A stretch of DNA of 64,000 bases from Acidobacteriota bacterium (GTDB taxonomy: Bacteria; Acidobacteriota; Blastocatellia; RBC074), in contig JAHBSF010000002.1 in NCBI GenBank assembly GCA_019639255.1, positions 5,117 to 69,116 on the forward strand, written 5' to 3'. Shown here piece by piece: positions 43,327-60,352 of the stretch. The notes under the pieces are model-generated. The model was not told where the DNA came from, searched no databases, and saw nothing but the letters and a program-made list of their open reading frames with translations. Position 1 is the first letter of the stretch. Each line of letters begins with the position of its first letter. The position numbers and the translations under genes were made by a program.

Positions 43327-44514
43327 TCAATGATGACTTGCGGCGACAAGCGCCTGCTCGAATTGCGGATCTTTTACCGGAAGAAGCTCCCGGCTCTGCA
43401 GATTCCTGAAGAAAAACCAGAGCCATATTCCGCCAATGCCGATGGGCGCAGTGGCATACATCCACAAACCGCCCACGTCGGTCTGCTTGAATTCCGGAGC
43501 TACGAGCCAGACAATATCCAGCACCCTCATCACAAGCAGCAAACCCGCAACGATCACCAGCTTTCGCGCGTTTCGCTTGAGTCCGCGCGAAAGCAGGATC
43601 GAAAACGGCAATATGAAATGAAAAACAAGCAGCGCCCAGCTCAACGGCTTCCACTCATTGCTGAACCGGCGCAGATACCACGGAATCTCTTCCGGCAGGT
43701 TTCCCGACCATATGATCACAAGCTGCGAATACGAGAAGTACGCCCAAAGCATTATGAGCGCAAACAGCAGCTTGCCGAGATCGTGGAAGTGGCCCGAGTT
43801 GTATACGTGGTTCATCGGCTCGCGATGCCACAGGCGCGTAGCGATCACTATCGTAAACGCGATGGAGGAAATTCCCTGACCCGCGATTACAAGCAGCCCG
43901 TAGATGGTCGAGAACCAGTGCGGATCGAGCGACATCACCCAGTCGAATGCGGCGAAGCTCATCGTCAATCCGTAGATAAGAACGCCCGGTCCGCTCAGAT
44001 CCGCTAGCCTCTGCCTGAACGAATGATTTCCCGTATCGTCGTGCTGTTTGGCCCACTTCGCGAGAAATGACGCCAAAAGCGCCCATACCGCGAAATAAAA
44101 CACCGCTCTGATGAGGAAAAACGTCACGTTCAGATACGGCTCCTTCTGCTGCAGTATCGGATCTTTGGCGACATCCTCAAGGTGAGTCCAGTGATACAGG
44201 CTGTGCATCCCCACGACTACGGGGATAAAGAGCAATGCGACGATCGGAAATATCGTGCGGGCTGAAGCCTCGAATATGCGCCGGGTTGCCACGCCCCACG
44301 AGCCGCCCGTCAGGTACTGGATCATGAGGAATCCGAGGCTGCCGAGCGTAATGCCGAGCACGAAGATGAATCCGACGAGCCACGCCCTGTAAAACTGATC
44401 GTGGTCGACGAAGTATCCGGCCAGGGTGGCAATCAATCCGATGACGCCGACGACGAGCGCGCGCTGCTGCCAGCCCGAGACGGCCGGGGGTGCGTTGTAT
44501 GTCGTGTTCGCCAT
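43327..44514 (-). CDS. actF: Alternative Complex III subunit ActF (NrfD/PsrC-like polytopic membrane subunit)
   Basis: 395 aa with ~10 TM helices. Its position and NrfD-like profile fit ActF. Confidence 0.78.
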   Translation of the reverse strand: MANTTYNAPPAVSGWQQRALVVGVIGLIATLAGYFVDHDQFYRAWLVGFIFVLGITLGSLGFLMIQYLTGGSWGVATRRIFEASARTIFPIVALLFIPVVVGMHSLYHWTHLEDVAKDPILQQKEPYLNVTFFLIRAVFYFAVWALLASFLAKWAKQHDDTGNHSFRQRLADLSGPGVLIYGLTMSFAAFDWVMSLDPHWFSTIYGLLVIAGQGISSIAFTIVIATRLWHREPMNHVYNSGHFHDLGKLLFALIMLWAYFSYSQLVIIWSGNLPEEIPWYLRRFSNEWKPLSWALLVFHFILPFSILLSRGLKRNARKLVIVAGLLLVMRVLDIVWLVAPEFKQTDVGGLWMYATAPIGIGGIWLWFFFRNLQSRELLPVKDPQFEQALVAASHH

Positions 44515-45134
44515 TACTGGGTTTGACCTCCTTGCGGCGCTGCTGCATCGGCGGCTTCTAGTTTGGCGCGTTCAGCCGCCGGAACGTCTTCGATCTTTGC
44601 GTTATGGCTCACCTGAAGGACGCGTATGTAGGCCGCCACCTTCCAGCGATCTTCAACCGAGAGTTTGTCGGAATAACTCGCCATCGCGCCGAAGCCGTTT
44701 GTCATGACATCGTAGAAATAACTCGCCGGCGAGTTGCGCAACCGTTCTTCGTGATACGAAGGCGGCCGCTTGAATCCGCGCTGTACAATCATGCCGTTGC
44801 CGTCGCCGAGTTTGCTGTGGCACGGAGCGCAGTTGATGTTGAAGCGGTTCTCGCCGCGAGCGAGAACCTCGGCGGTAATCGCAAACGGAAATTCGCTTTT
44901 TGCAGCGCCTGCTTCTGCAACCGGAGCCGAAACAGCCAGCGTTCCCCGCGCTACGGCGCCTTCGGGCGGAACGCGGTCGGCGCCCTCGCGGTAGGTCTTG
45001 AGTTTGGGCTGATCGTGCATATCCTGGCGGCACGCGCCTGCCGTCAGCGACAGTGAAGCAAGGAGCAGGGCGCCGATCGTTTTTTTGAGCGGCGCGCGGC
45101 GAAAACCCGTCATGGGCGGTTTATTTTTCGACAT
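44514..45134 (-). CDS. actE: Alternative Complex III subunit ActE (monoheme cytochrome c lipoprotein)
   Basis: It has a lipobox 'LTAGAC' and a single 'CAPCH' heme site. Confidence 0.8.
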   Translation of the reverse strand: MSKNKPPMTGFRRAPLKKTIGALLLASLSLTAGACRQDMHDQPKLKTYREGADRVPPEGAVARGTLAVSAPVAEAGAAKSEFPFAITAEVLARGENRFNINCAPCHSKLGDGNGMIVQRGFKRPPSYHEERLRNSPASYFYDVMTNGFGAMASYSDKLSVEDRWKVAAYIRVLQVSHNAKIEDVPAAERAKLEAADAAAPQGGQTQ

Positions 45135-45666
45135 CGGTCACCTCATTGGCTCCGAGGCTTTCGAGGAACTTCCTCGTTTCGCCGAGATCGAACTTCGCAT
45201 CCTCCGCCTCTATGCACAGAAAGAAATGCGTGCGCGAAGCGAGTTCAAAACGCGGCGCGTTAAAAACAGGATGATAGGGTCGCGGCAATCCGTTGAGGAG
45301 TATCATTCCGAGCACCGCTCCGAAAGCCGCAAGCAGCACCGTCATCTCGAACGTGACCGGAACGAACGCCGGCCAACTGATGAGCGGCCGCCCGCCTACA
45401 TTCAGAGGATACTCGATGGCTGAAGTCCATATTTGCAGACCAAGCCCTGCAAACAGGCCCGCCAGCCCCCCCACAAGCACAATCAACGGAACCCGGTTGG
45501 AGTGAAAGCCGATGGCTTCGGAGAGTTCCTCGATCGGATACGGCGAATATGCGTCCATTTTTCGGTATCCGGCCTCGTGCGCTTTTTTCGCTGCAACGAC
45601 TACGGCCGTGGGGTTGTCGAACTCCGCCATCAGGCCGTAAATGTTCGATTCTTTGTTGACGTTCAT
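45121..45666 (-). CDS. actD: Alternative Complex III subunit ActD (DUF3341)
   Basis: The ActD family shows 'YGLMAEFDNPTAVVVAAKKAHEAGYRKMDAYSPYPIEEL' plus 2 TM helices. Confidence 0.8.
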   Translation of the reverse strand: MNVNKESNIYGLMAEFDNPTAVVVAAKKAHEAGYRKMDAYSPYPIEELSEAIGFHSNRVPLIVLVGGLAGLFAGLGLQIWTSAIEYPLNVGGRPLISWPAFVPVTFEMTVLLAAFGAVLGMILLNGLPRPYHPVFNAPRFELASRTHFFLCIEAEDAKFDLGETRKFLESLGANEVTDVEK

Positions 45667-47112
45667 GCCGGGCTCTCCTGCGGACCGCCCGCGGGCGGCA
45701 TCGCCGGTTTATCGGGCGAAGCATGCGCCTCTGATTTGAGCTTCGCTTCAGGAACCATGGTCCGCATCTCGTAGATTGAAATCATCGGGAGTATGCGGAT
45801 GAACAGGAACATCAGCGTCAGGAAGAAACCGATCGTTCCGAAAAACATCGTGAAGTCGAATACCGTCGGCGTATACATCGTCCATGCCGACGGCAGGAAG
45901 TCGCGGTGCAGGCTCGTGACGATGATCACGAACCGCTCCAGCCACATTCCCACGTTGATGAACATCGAAATCACAAAAAGCATTACCGTGCTCTCGCGGT
46001 ACTTCTTGATCCACAGCAATTGCGGAACCGCAATATTGCAAAGAATCAACAGCCAGTAGATGTACCAGTACGGTCCCGTAGTCCGGTTCTTGTACATATA
46101 GGCTTCATATGTGTTGGCGCTGTACCAGGCGAAAAACGCCTCCATCGCATACCCGTAACCTACGATGAGGCCCGTGGCCAGCATGACCTTGGCCATGTTC
46201 CGGAGGTGGCGATTGGTGATGAAGTCGTCAAGGCCGTAGTATTTGCGAATGGGAATGCCGAGCGTCAATACCATTGCAAAACCCGCATAAATGGCGCCGG
46301 CGACGAAGTAAGGCGGAAATATCGTCGCGTGCCAGCCCGGTATGATTCCGATCGAGAAGTCGAACGACACTATGGTGTGCACGGAAAGCACCAGGGGCGT
46401 CGAGAGGCCCGCGAGCAACAGGTACGCAGTTTCATAGCGCGACCAGTGGCGCGTCGAGCCGCGCCAGCCGAGCGCGAGCATTCCGTAAATGACTTTGCGT
46501 ATCTTGCTCGTCGCGCGGTCGCGCAGCGTTGCCAGATCCGGGATCAGACCTATGAACCAGAACAGGGCCGAAACCGTGGCGTAGGTTGATACGGCGAATA
46601 CGTCCCACATCAGCGGGCTGCGGAAGTTCGGCCACATCCCCATCGTGTTGGGATATGGGAAGAGCCAGTAATCGAGCCAGGGACGACCGGTATGCAGCGC
46701 CGGGAACAGGCCCGCGCAGGCTACGGCAAACAGCGTCATGGCTTCGGCAAACCGGTTGATCGACGTTCTCCAAGACTGGCGCATCAGCAGCAGAATCGCC
46801 GAAATCAGCGTTCCGGCGTGGCCGATTCCGATCCACCATACGAAATTGATGATGTCGAACGCCCAGCCTACGGTGGTGTTGTTGCCCCAGATTCCGATGC
46901 CCTTGAACACGAGGTAAGTAATCGTGTTGAGCATCATCAGCATGCCGAGAAACGACAACCCGAAGCCGACCATCCATCCGCGCTTGGTGCCCTTGCGCAG
47001 CACAATCGAGGCTATCTTCTCGGTTACGCTTGCAAAGGTATGCCCCGGCCCTATGACCGGAGGCGGCCCATACGCCGCGTTGCTTGCTTCCTGCCCGGTC
47101 TGCTTCATTGCA

Positions 47113-47120
<8 letters not shown>
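45663..47120 (-). CDS. actC: Alternative Complex III subunit ActC (NrfD/PsrC-like quinol-binding membrane subunit)
   Basis: 485 aa and polytopic. It overlaps its neighbours by 4-8 nt (translational coupling). Confidence 0.83.
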
Positions 47121-50157
<3,037 letters not shown>

Positions 50158-50184
50158 CGAGTTCTCGTTTCTCTGCGGGATTGT

Positions 50185-50847
50185 TTACCGATGACAGGTC
50201 GAACAGCTCGTCATGACGTTCTGATTCTGAATTTTGTATTCCTTGACCAGCTTCGGCCCTTCGACGGCCTGATCGAAGCCCGAAGCGGGCCACTCCATCT
50301 CGAAGATCTTGTCTTTCGGCCGGACAAACTTCTCCGGCGCGCGGTGGCATTCCAGACACCATTCCATCTGCAGCGACTGAACCTGCCAGGTCTGCGGCAT
50401 AAGGTCTATGCGCCCGTGACAGGTCGAACAGCCCACGCCCTTGCTGACGTGTATGCTGTGGTTGAAATAGACGAAATCCGGCAGGTCGTGCACCCGCGTC
50501 CACAACAGCGGCTTGCCAGTACGCCAGCTTTCGCGTATCGGCTCCAGATACGGACTCGTCGCAAACAACTGCGAATGGCAGTTCATACACGTCTTCGTGG
50601 ATGGTATTCCCGCACTCGCCTGCGTCTCTACCGTCTGATGACAATAGCGACAATCTATCCCGTCGTCCCCGACGTGGTGCTTGTGCGAGAACTGCACCGG
50701 CTGCTGCTTGGCCATATACGCCTGCGATATGTACGGCGTCCGGTTGATCTGCGTCAATATCCCTATTACGCCACCCACGATCACCAACACCGATACTATG
50801 CTCACCCGCGATAATGTGTTCGTACTCCGGTGGAAGATTTGCGGCAT
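50185..50847 (-). CDS. actA: Alternative Complex III subunit ActA (membrane-anchored pentaheme cytochrome c)
   Basis: It has five CxxCH sites: CRYCH, CMNCH, CSTCH, CLECH, CSTCH. Confidence 0.85.
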   Translation of the reverse strand: MPQIFHRSTNTLSRVSIVSVLVIVGGVIGILTQINRTPYISQAYMAKQQPVQFSHKHHVGDDGIDCRYCHQTVETQASAGIPSTKTCMNCHSQLFATSPYLEPIRESWRTGKPLLWTRVHDLPDFVYFNHSIHVSKGVGCSTCHGRIDLMPQTWQVQSLQMEWCLECHRAPEKFVRPKDKIFEMEWPASGFDQAVEGPKLVKEYKIQNQNVMTSCSTCHR

Positions 50848-51052
50848 ACTTCAGACCTCCGCCTTCCTTGCTAAATTCAATTTGCTGCAAGTTTTCGGCG
50901 CGTCATAGTCGAGTTTGTGAAATTCTGTTCTTGAGAGCGTGGATATTTCCATGGATGCCTTGCGGATGTCAAGCAGCCACGGTGATGTGCGGGCAGAAAA
51001 GAGTTTGGCATTGCGCTTTTGCAGCATTTTCGTCCGACCATTTTCGTGACGA

Positions 51053-53719
51053 TCATTTTTCGAGCGGGTTTTCGGGCCAGGCGTGGCGCGGATAACGACG
51101 TGAAAGTTCCCGCCGCACGCTGCCGTAATGTCTGATCCAGAACCCTTCGAGATCCGATGTAACCTGCACGGGCCGGTTGTTGGGTGCAAGCAGGTGCAAC
51201 ACAAGCGGCACGCTGCCGTCGGCTATGCGCGGGCCCTGCCTCAATCCGAAAAAATCCTGTATTCGCGATGCTACCCAGGGCGTTTTGCCCCGCTCATATT
51301 CGACGCGCACCTGTTTGCGGCGCCCAATGGATACACGTTCCGGAGCAAGGAGGTTAAGTCTGCGCCGCTGTGCGGCGCCGAGTCGCCCGAGCAGCGCCTC
51401 ACGCCAATCGCCCCGCCTTGCGGTTTCGCGCAATTCGGCAAAACTGCTTCGCCCCTTGCACAAAGCAATCAACACAGAGTCTGCATCCGGCATCTGATCC
51501 GGCCACCCGCCGCTCGAATCCACAGATGCAGCGAACTCAATGCGCGCCAGCGTGCACTCCAGTTCATTCAAATCCAGAAACGCAGCCGGCCCGCGGCTCA
51601 ACGCCTTCTCGGCAAGCAATCGCCAGGCAGGTTCGCCCGACGCAACTCCCGCGGCAGTCTCGTCAATTATGAGATCGTCGTAAAACAACCGGCGAACGGA
51701 CTCGGCACGCTCTGACTTGTCATTCCAAACGACGCTTTCCACTTCGCGCAACCGCTCAAAGTACATTTCAAAAAGCATCTCGGCGTCAATTGCGCTCGCC
51801 AAACGGATTTCAACGCCCGATGACCGGCCCGTTTGTTTTTCCCCGGCTTCAACCGCAACGAGAAACTCCGACTGCGTGACTACGCTATGGCCTGAAAGCG
51901 TCGCCTGCCCCCCGCCGCACAGCAATACCTCTATTTCCTGCGATCCTTTTTGGCGCGCCGCCGCGCGCCGCCTCGCTACACGATCAGGAAACCCGGTAAG
52001 TATTGCTGCAAGAAGCGCCCGCTCCCGATTCGCGCCCTGAACGCCGGTTTCATCATTAACCGAGCCTGGATTAAACGCGCCTGGATTAACTGAGCCCGTG
52101 TTTTTGGTTGCGAATACAGCGTTTTCACCGGTTCGTCGCAGCAAAGCGAGCAAACGCCGCCGCACGCGATTTACGGCATTGACTGCGCCCTGATCGAGTC
52201 CGAGTCTGTGCAATACATCGGGCGAAAATCGCGAAACTTCAGCTTCATGGAAAAGATCCAGTCGATCCAGAAGATCCGACGGCCCGCTTCGCACTGTTGC
52301 CTGCTTTCGCGCCCCGCGTTCTGCGCCTGCGGCGCCGAACAGGTTGCGTTCCAGTACGTCGCGTTCACTCAGTATCGCCGCTATTATTGCCCCGTCCCGT
52401 TCTGCTCCGCACGACGCGCATTCAATCAATATCCGCGACAAACGCGGATGGAGCGGAAAACGGATCATCTGCCGTCCCGTTGTTGTCAAAGACCCGTCGT
52501 CAAGTATTGCGCCCAGGCGTTTAAGCAAATCCTCCGCCGATCCGATTGCCTCGCGCGGCGGCGCTTCGTACCAATCGAACGCCCGGGCGTCCCGCACACC
52601 CGCAGCATGCAATTCCAGCACGGTTTCGGCAAGATCGCTGCGAGCACACTCGGGTTGATCGAATTCGGACCGTGCTGCGAAATCCGCCGCAGTGTAGAGC
52701 CTCAGGCATCTGCCCGGTTGCGTGCGCCCCGCACGCCCCGCACGCTGCAGCGCCGATGCCCGGCTGATTTTCCCGATCGTCAGACGCTGCAAACCCGACC
52801 ACGGAGAATGAACTGCAATTCGCGCAAGGCCGGAATCGACTACGGCTGTTACGCCGTCGATCGTCACCGAACTTTCAGCAACATTGGTTGAAAGAATTAT
52901 TTTGCGCCGGTCCGACGGCCGCACGGCGCGATCCTGTTCGGCAACCGGTAGTTCCCCGTGCAGAGGAGCTATTAAAACGTCCTCGCGTGCAGCCATAGCT
53001 TCGCACGCCTCGGCTGCACGCCTGATTTCGGCCGCACCCGGCAAAAACACGAGCACATCGCCGTCGAGTCCGTCCCTCAGCAGACGCCCGACCGCGCCGG
53101 CGACCTGATCCGCCAGCGGTCGCGAATCGGGGCCGGGTATGTGTTCTACCCGAATGTCAAACATTCGCCCCGGAATTTTCAACGTCGGAGCGCCGCCCAG
53201 AAACTCCCTTACCGGCGCAGCATCAATGGTCGCCGACATTACAACAATGCGAAGGTCGGGCCGCGCGCGTGTCTGCAATTTCCTCAACAGGGCCAGCGCC
53301 ACATCGCCCTGCAGGCGCCGCTCATGAAATTCATCCAGAACGACAGCCTTTACACTCTTGAGCGACGGATCGCGCAGCAGCCGTCGGGTAAGCACGCCCT
53401 CGGTGACGTAACGAAGTCGCGTGTGCGGGCCCGATACGTCGTCAAAGCGCACCTGATACCCGACCGTGCCGCCGAGAGGTTCGCCGCGTTCGGCCGCTGC
53501 ACGTGCGGCTGCGAGTCTTGCCGCGAGACGGCGGGGTTCGAGAACCCAGACCTCACCCTCGTCTGCAAGTACGGAATCGAGAAGCGCCGGGGGCACCCTT
53601 GTAGTCTTGCCCGCGCCGGGTTCGGCTTCAATGACCAGATTGCGCTCGACGCCGAGCCGGTCGATTATCTCCGGCAGGTATGCGTCGACCGGCAGAGGCG
53701 TCAGTTCACTACGCCGCAT
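51053..53719 (-). CDS. hrpB: ATP-dependent DEAH-box RNA helicase HrpB
   Basis: The start was set at 'MRRSELTPLPV' (codon 66). It has the 'EAEPGAGKTTRVP' Walker A, the 'VLDEFHER' DEFH box and 'ILSTNVAESSVTIDGV'. Confidence 0.85.
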   Translation of the reverse strand: MRRSELTPLPVDAYLPEIIDRLGVERNLVIEAEPGAGKTTRVPPALLDSVLADEGEVWVLEPRRLAARLAAARAAAERGEPLGGTVGYQVRFDDVSGPHTRLRYVTEGVLTRRLLRDPSLKSVKAVVLDEFHERRLQGDVALALLRKLQTRARPDLRIVVMSATIDAAPVREFLGGAPTLKIPGRMFDIRVEHIPGPDSRPLADQVAGAVGRLLRDGLDGDVLVFLPGAAEIRRAAEACEAMAAREDVLIAPLHGELPVAEQDRAVRPSDRRKIILSTNVAESSVTIDGVTAVVDSGLARIAVHSPWSGLQRLTIGKISRASALQRAGRAGRTQPGRCLRLYTAADFAARSEFDQPECARSDLAETVLELHAAGVRDARAFDWYEAPPREAIGSAEDLLKRLGAILDDGSLTTTGRQMIRFPLHPRLSRILIECASCGAERDGAIIAAILSERDVLERNLFGAAGAERGARKQATVRSGPSDLLDRLDLFHEAEVSRFSPDVLHRLGLDQGAVNAVNRVRRRLLALLRRTGENAVFATKNTGSVNPGAFNPGSVNDETGVQGANRERALLAAILTGFPDRVARRRAAARQKGSQEIEVLLCGGGQATLSGHSVVTQSEFLVAVEAGEKQTGRSSGVEIRLASAIDAEMLFEMYFERLREVESVVWNDKSERAESVRRLFYDDLIIDETAAGVASGEPAWRLLAEKALSRGPAAFLDLNELECTLARIEFAASVDSSGGWPDQMPDADSVLIALCKGRSSFAELRETARRGDWREALLGRLGAAQRRRLNLLAPERVSIGRRKQVRVEYERGKTPWVASRIQDFFGLRQGPRIADGSVPLVLHLLAPNNRPVQVTSDLEGFWIRHYGSVRRELSRRYPRHAWPENPLEK

Positions 53720-53741
53720 CTTGAAAAAAGCGAACCGCCGG

Positions 53742-54797
53742 TCAGTTCCCGTGCGGCGTCGTACGGTAATGTTCTCGCAGCAAATCGCGTCCGAAATCGC
53801 CGTCGAAGTCGCGCCACCCGGAATGAATGTGATTGGCGTCGTTTTGCGTGTTGTCGTATTCGATGAGGAACGTAGGCCCCTGCACGCGGTAATAATGCGG
53901 CTTTCTGGGCTCAATCTCTCCGGCCCAGGCGAAATGTATCTTGTCCATTCCGGACGCCCTGATCTTTTTCATTCGCTCTTCGGCTACATCCTCGGGCATG
54001 CGCGTCAGGTAAACGTCAATAAGATTCTGGAGCATTTTGCGCTGCGCAGCGGTCATCGCGCTTGCAGCAAGGCCTGCGGGTGAAAGCGGATCGGCTTTGA
54101 GCGTTGCCAGCGTCAGTATGTCGCGCGGCGCAACCTTATCAAATATAGCCGCTGCACGCTGCCGGGCATCCAGCGCCAGAATCAGTTCCCTGCCCCTGTC
54201 CTCTTCCCCCGCAAGCGCTCTCAATCCGCTGCGCGGCCCCTGCCTGACCTCGGCGGGGTTTGCGCCGAACACCGCAGGCACGGTTACTACCATCGTACCG
54301 TTGACGATCGTGAAGTTGATCGAAACGTGATGGCCTTCAAACCGCCACCCCCAGCGCCCGCGCGCCGTTGGTTCTCCGAATATGGAAAAGTAATAGAGTT
54401 CCGAATCCCGCACGGGACCGGTGCTGCGCTCGATTTCACGAAGAACCGGTTCAAGGGAGATTATCGTTTCGACGCGTGTATATCCGGTGCGTCCGGTTCC
54501 GCTGCGCAGCAGGCTCATTGCGAGTTCGCGCTGCGCAGGATTCATTTCCTTGAGCGGGAGTCCCTTGCGCGCGCGCGGAATGATGTGCCAGTTGAAACGC
54601 TCTTCGTCCTCAAAGCCGAATACGGCCTTTACCCGCTGATCGGAGTCCAGCGATGCCAGAAACCTGCGCGCGTTGTCGGCCATCTGGGCGCCGGCCCGAA
54701 TACGCGCTACGCCATCTGCGATCGATACACCAAGCACTGCTACTACAAGCGTTGATGAGACTGCGAACAGGACCTTCTTGAGTCGATTCATCCGCAA
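53742..54797 (-). CDS. DUF3500-family secreted protein
   Basis: It has a signal peptide. 'HYYRVQGPTFLIEYDNTQNDANHIHSGWRDF' is the DUF3500 hallmark. Confidence 0.7.
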   Translation of the reverse strand: MRMNRLKKVLFAVSSTLVVAVLGVSIADGVARIRAGAQMADNARRFLASLDSDQRVKAVFGFEDEERFNWHIIPRARKGLPLKEMNPAQRELAMSLLRSGTGRTGYTRVETIISLEPVLREIERSTGPVRDSELYYFSIFGEPTARGRWGWRFEGHHVSINFTIVNGTMVVTVPAVFGANPAEVRQGPRSGLRALAGEEDRGRELILALDARQRAAAIFDKVAPRDILTLATLKADPLSPAGLAASAMTAAQRKMLQNLIDVYLTRMPEDVAEERMKKIRASGMDKIHFAWAGEIEPRKPHYYRVQGPTFLIEYDNTQNDANHIHSGWRDFDGDFGRDLLREHYRTTPHGN

Positions 54798-54876
54798 CTC
54801 CGATGCTGTGTAAATGTTGTCGGCACTTTAAGTCGCTGAGAGCTTCAAGTCAACACAGCCGAGCTCGTTTATAGAA

Positions 54877-54976
54877 GAAAGAGAGATAACGGAACAAACG
54901 AAATAAACGAAACAAACGGAAAGTTTGACCATTTCCGTTTGTTTCGTTTATTCCGTTTGTTCCGTTATCTCTCTTT
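54877..54976. repeat. Hairpin repeat family 1, copy F (most symmetric copy; palindromy extends into GTTTATA / TATAAAC flanks)
   Basis: 'GTTTATAGAAGAAAGAGAGATAACGGAACAAACGAAATAAACGAAACAAACGGAAAG-TTTGACCA-TTTCCGTTTGTTTCGTTTATTCCGTTTGTTCCGTTATCTCTCTTTTATAAAC'. Confidence 0.75.
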
Positions 54977-55000
54977 TATAAACAAGCTCTGCGATTTTCC

Positions 55001-58318
<3,318 letters not shown>

Positions 58319-58571
58319 TTCCTTCTCCATAACTCCTGAGTTTGCGGGAATAGCGGCTCCGGTTCTACGCCGGGCAATCGACCCGGGTACCGGCGCAAAT
58401 GAAAGAGGCATCGTAATCGCCCGGCCTTAAAACCGGAGCAACTCGACGTAAAATCGGTGTTAAGAATCCCAGCGGCGGAACAATAGCAGCGCTTCTGGAA
58501 AAGATAAAGGGAAAACTGATGCACTTGAAACGGGCCCGGGAACAAAATCGAATCACACGACTTCGGGATCT

Positions 58572-58672
58572 GGAAGAGAGATAACGGAATAAACGAAATG
58601 AGACGGAAACTACGGAAACAATCAATTTTCCCGTACTTTTCGTTTCATTTCGTATGTTGCGTTATCTCTATT
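58572..58672. repeat. Hairpin repeat family 1, copy G in the divergent TonB / DUF1080 intergenic region
   Basis: 'GGAAGAGAGATAACGGAATAAACGAAATGAGACGGAAACTACGGAAACAATCAA-TTTTCCCGTACTTTTCGTTTCATTTCGTATGTTGCGTTATCTCTATTTT'. Confidence 0.7.
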
Positions 58673-58807
58673 TTTTATACCAATCTACTGTAGATCGATA
58701 AAGGTTGTGATTCGGCCCGGGACGGTGCAATAATCCGGGCGATAACCAACAGGTTTCGACTGCATCGACTACTTCTGCTACTTCGAATACTTGTATAAGG
58801 AGAATAC

Positions 58808-59749
58808 ATGCGCGCACGCACATTGATGTCCGCACTGGCGGCGGTTTTGATTTTTACGGCAGTCGCCACGGCGCAGGAGAACCCGTTTCTGGGCAAATGG
58901 GATATCACCGCTACGGGACCGAGCGGCAAATTCCCGTACTGGCTCGAAGTGAAAATGGAAGATGGAATGTTGGCGGGTTATTTCCTGAACCGGGGTGGGA
59001 GCGTGCTGAAGCTTCCGGAAATCAGCATAGAAAACGGGGAACTGATTTTTTCACCCGCGCGAGGCGCAAACGCACCGAAGATCGTACATCGCGCACGGGT
59101 CGATGAGGGGCGGCTGCTCGGAACCGTCACGGGGGGAAATGCGCAGATCTCGTGGATAGGGGTGAGACCGCCGAGCTGGGGCATTCACAACGCAAATGCT
59201 CGCCATCGCTTCGGGACTCCGGTCGAACTCTTCGACGGCAAGAGCCTCGACAAATGGGATGTTCAGTTCAAGGACCGCGAATCGGGCTGGAGCATTGAAG
59301 ACGGGCTGATGACGAACATCCCGCGCGCAAACAACCTTGTTTCAAAACACCAATTTGAAAACTTTCGCATACGCGCCGAATACAAACTCGAAGAAAAAAG
59401 CAACAGCGGCATCTACCTGCGCGGCCGCTACGAGCTTCAGGTTCTCGACGATCACGGCAAAGACCCCGACAGCCACGGACATATGGGGCTTTACAGCCGC
59501 GTAAAACCCCTGGTCAATGCAAGCCTGCCTCCCGGCCAGTGGCAGGTTATGGAAGCGATAATCGTGGGCAATCGCCTGACCGTGACGCTGAACGGCAAAA
59601 AGATGCACGACAACATAGTCATTGACGGCATAACCGGAGGAGCGCTCGATGCAAACGAGGGCGCGCCCGGACCGATTATGCTGCAGGGCGATCACGGCAA
59701 GGTCTACTTCCGCCGCATAACGGTCACACCCATCATGGCTTCAAAGTAA
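58808..59749 (+). CDS. Secreted DUF1080 protein (3-keto-disaccharide-hydrolase / laminin-G-like fold)
   Basis: It has a signal peptide and an AGGAG SD. 'NSGIYLRGRYELQVLDDHGKD' and 'IMLQGDHGKVYFRRITV' are the DUF1080 signatures. Confidence 0.75.
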   Translation: MRARTLMSALAAVLIFTAVATAQENPFLGKWDITATGPSGKFPYWLEVKMEDGMLAGYFLNRGGSVLKLPEISIENGELIFSPARGANAPKIVHRARVDEGRLLGTVTGGNAQISWIGVRPPSWGIHNANARHRFGTPVELFDGKSLDKWDVQFKDRESGWSIEDGLMTNIPRANNLVSKHQFENFRIRAEYKLEEKSNSGIYLRGRYELQVLDDHGKDPDSHGHMGLYSRVKPLVNASLPPGQWQVMEAIIVGNRLTVTLNGKKMHDNIVIDGITGGALDANEGAPGPIMLQGDHGKVYFRRITVTPIMASK

Positions 59750-59752
59750 TAA

Positions 59753-60352
59753 ATGCCCTCGGTCTACGACCTGAAGCCGAGGTTCCAACGGCTCTTGCGC
59801 CCCCTTATGGCAAGGATGACCCGGCTGGGTCTGCGGCCGAACCACGTCACCATTGCGGCGGTGATGGGTTCGGTCGCCGCGGGCGCCCTTGTAGCATATA
59901 ACGGCTGGCTATGGCTGCTGCCCGTATGGCTGTTTGCACGTATGGCTCTTAACGCCATAGACGGAATGATGGCGCGCGAGTTTGACCTTGTTTCGGATCT
60001 GGGAGCAGTCCTTAACGAACTCGGCGATGTGTTATCGGATCTGGCGATCTACCTGCCGCTGGCGCTGCTTCAACCCGAACTGCGGATATCCGCAACAACC
60101 TTCGCAATCACCGCAACACTGACCGAATTTTGCGGAGTGATGAGCCGCGCGCTAGGCGCTTCGCGCCGCTACGACGGCCCTATGGGAAAAAGCGATCGCG
60201 CGTTTCTAATCGGTGCAATGGGCCTTGCAGGCTGGATTGCGCCTGAAACGCTGCGCTACTGGCCCTGGATTCTCGGCCTCGCCGCCGCAGCCGGCGTCTG
60301 GACCTGCATCAACCGCGTGCGGGGCGCGTTAAAGGAGTTGCGAGAGCGATGA
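59753..60352 (+). CDS. CDP-alcohol phosphatidyltransferase family protein
   Basis: 'NAIDGMMAREFDLVSDLGAVLNELGDVLSD' fits the DG-x2-AR-x8-G-x3-D-x3-D family motif. It starts 4 nt after the DUF1080 stop and overlaps cdsA by 4 nt. Confidence 0.7.
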   Translation: MPSVYDLKPRFQRLLRPLMARMTRLGLRPNHVTIAAVMGSVAAGALVAYNGWLWLLPVWLFARMALNAIDGMMAREFDLVSDLGAVLNELGDVLSDLAIYLPLALLQPELRISATTFAITATLTEFCGVMSRALGASRRYDGPMGKSDRAFLIGAMGLAGWIAPETLRYWPWILGLAAAAGVWTCINRVRGALKELRER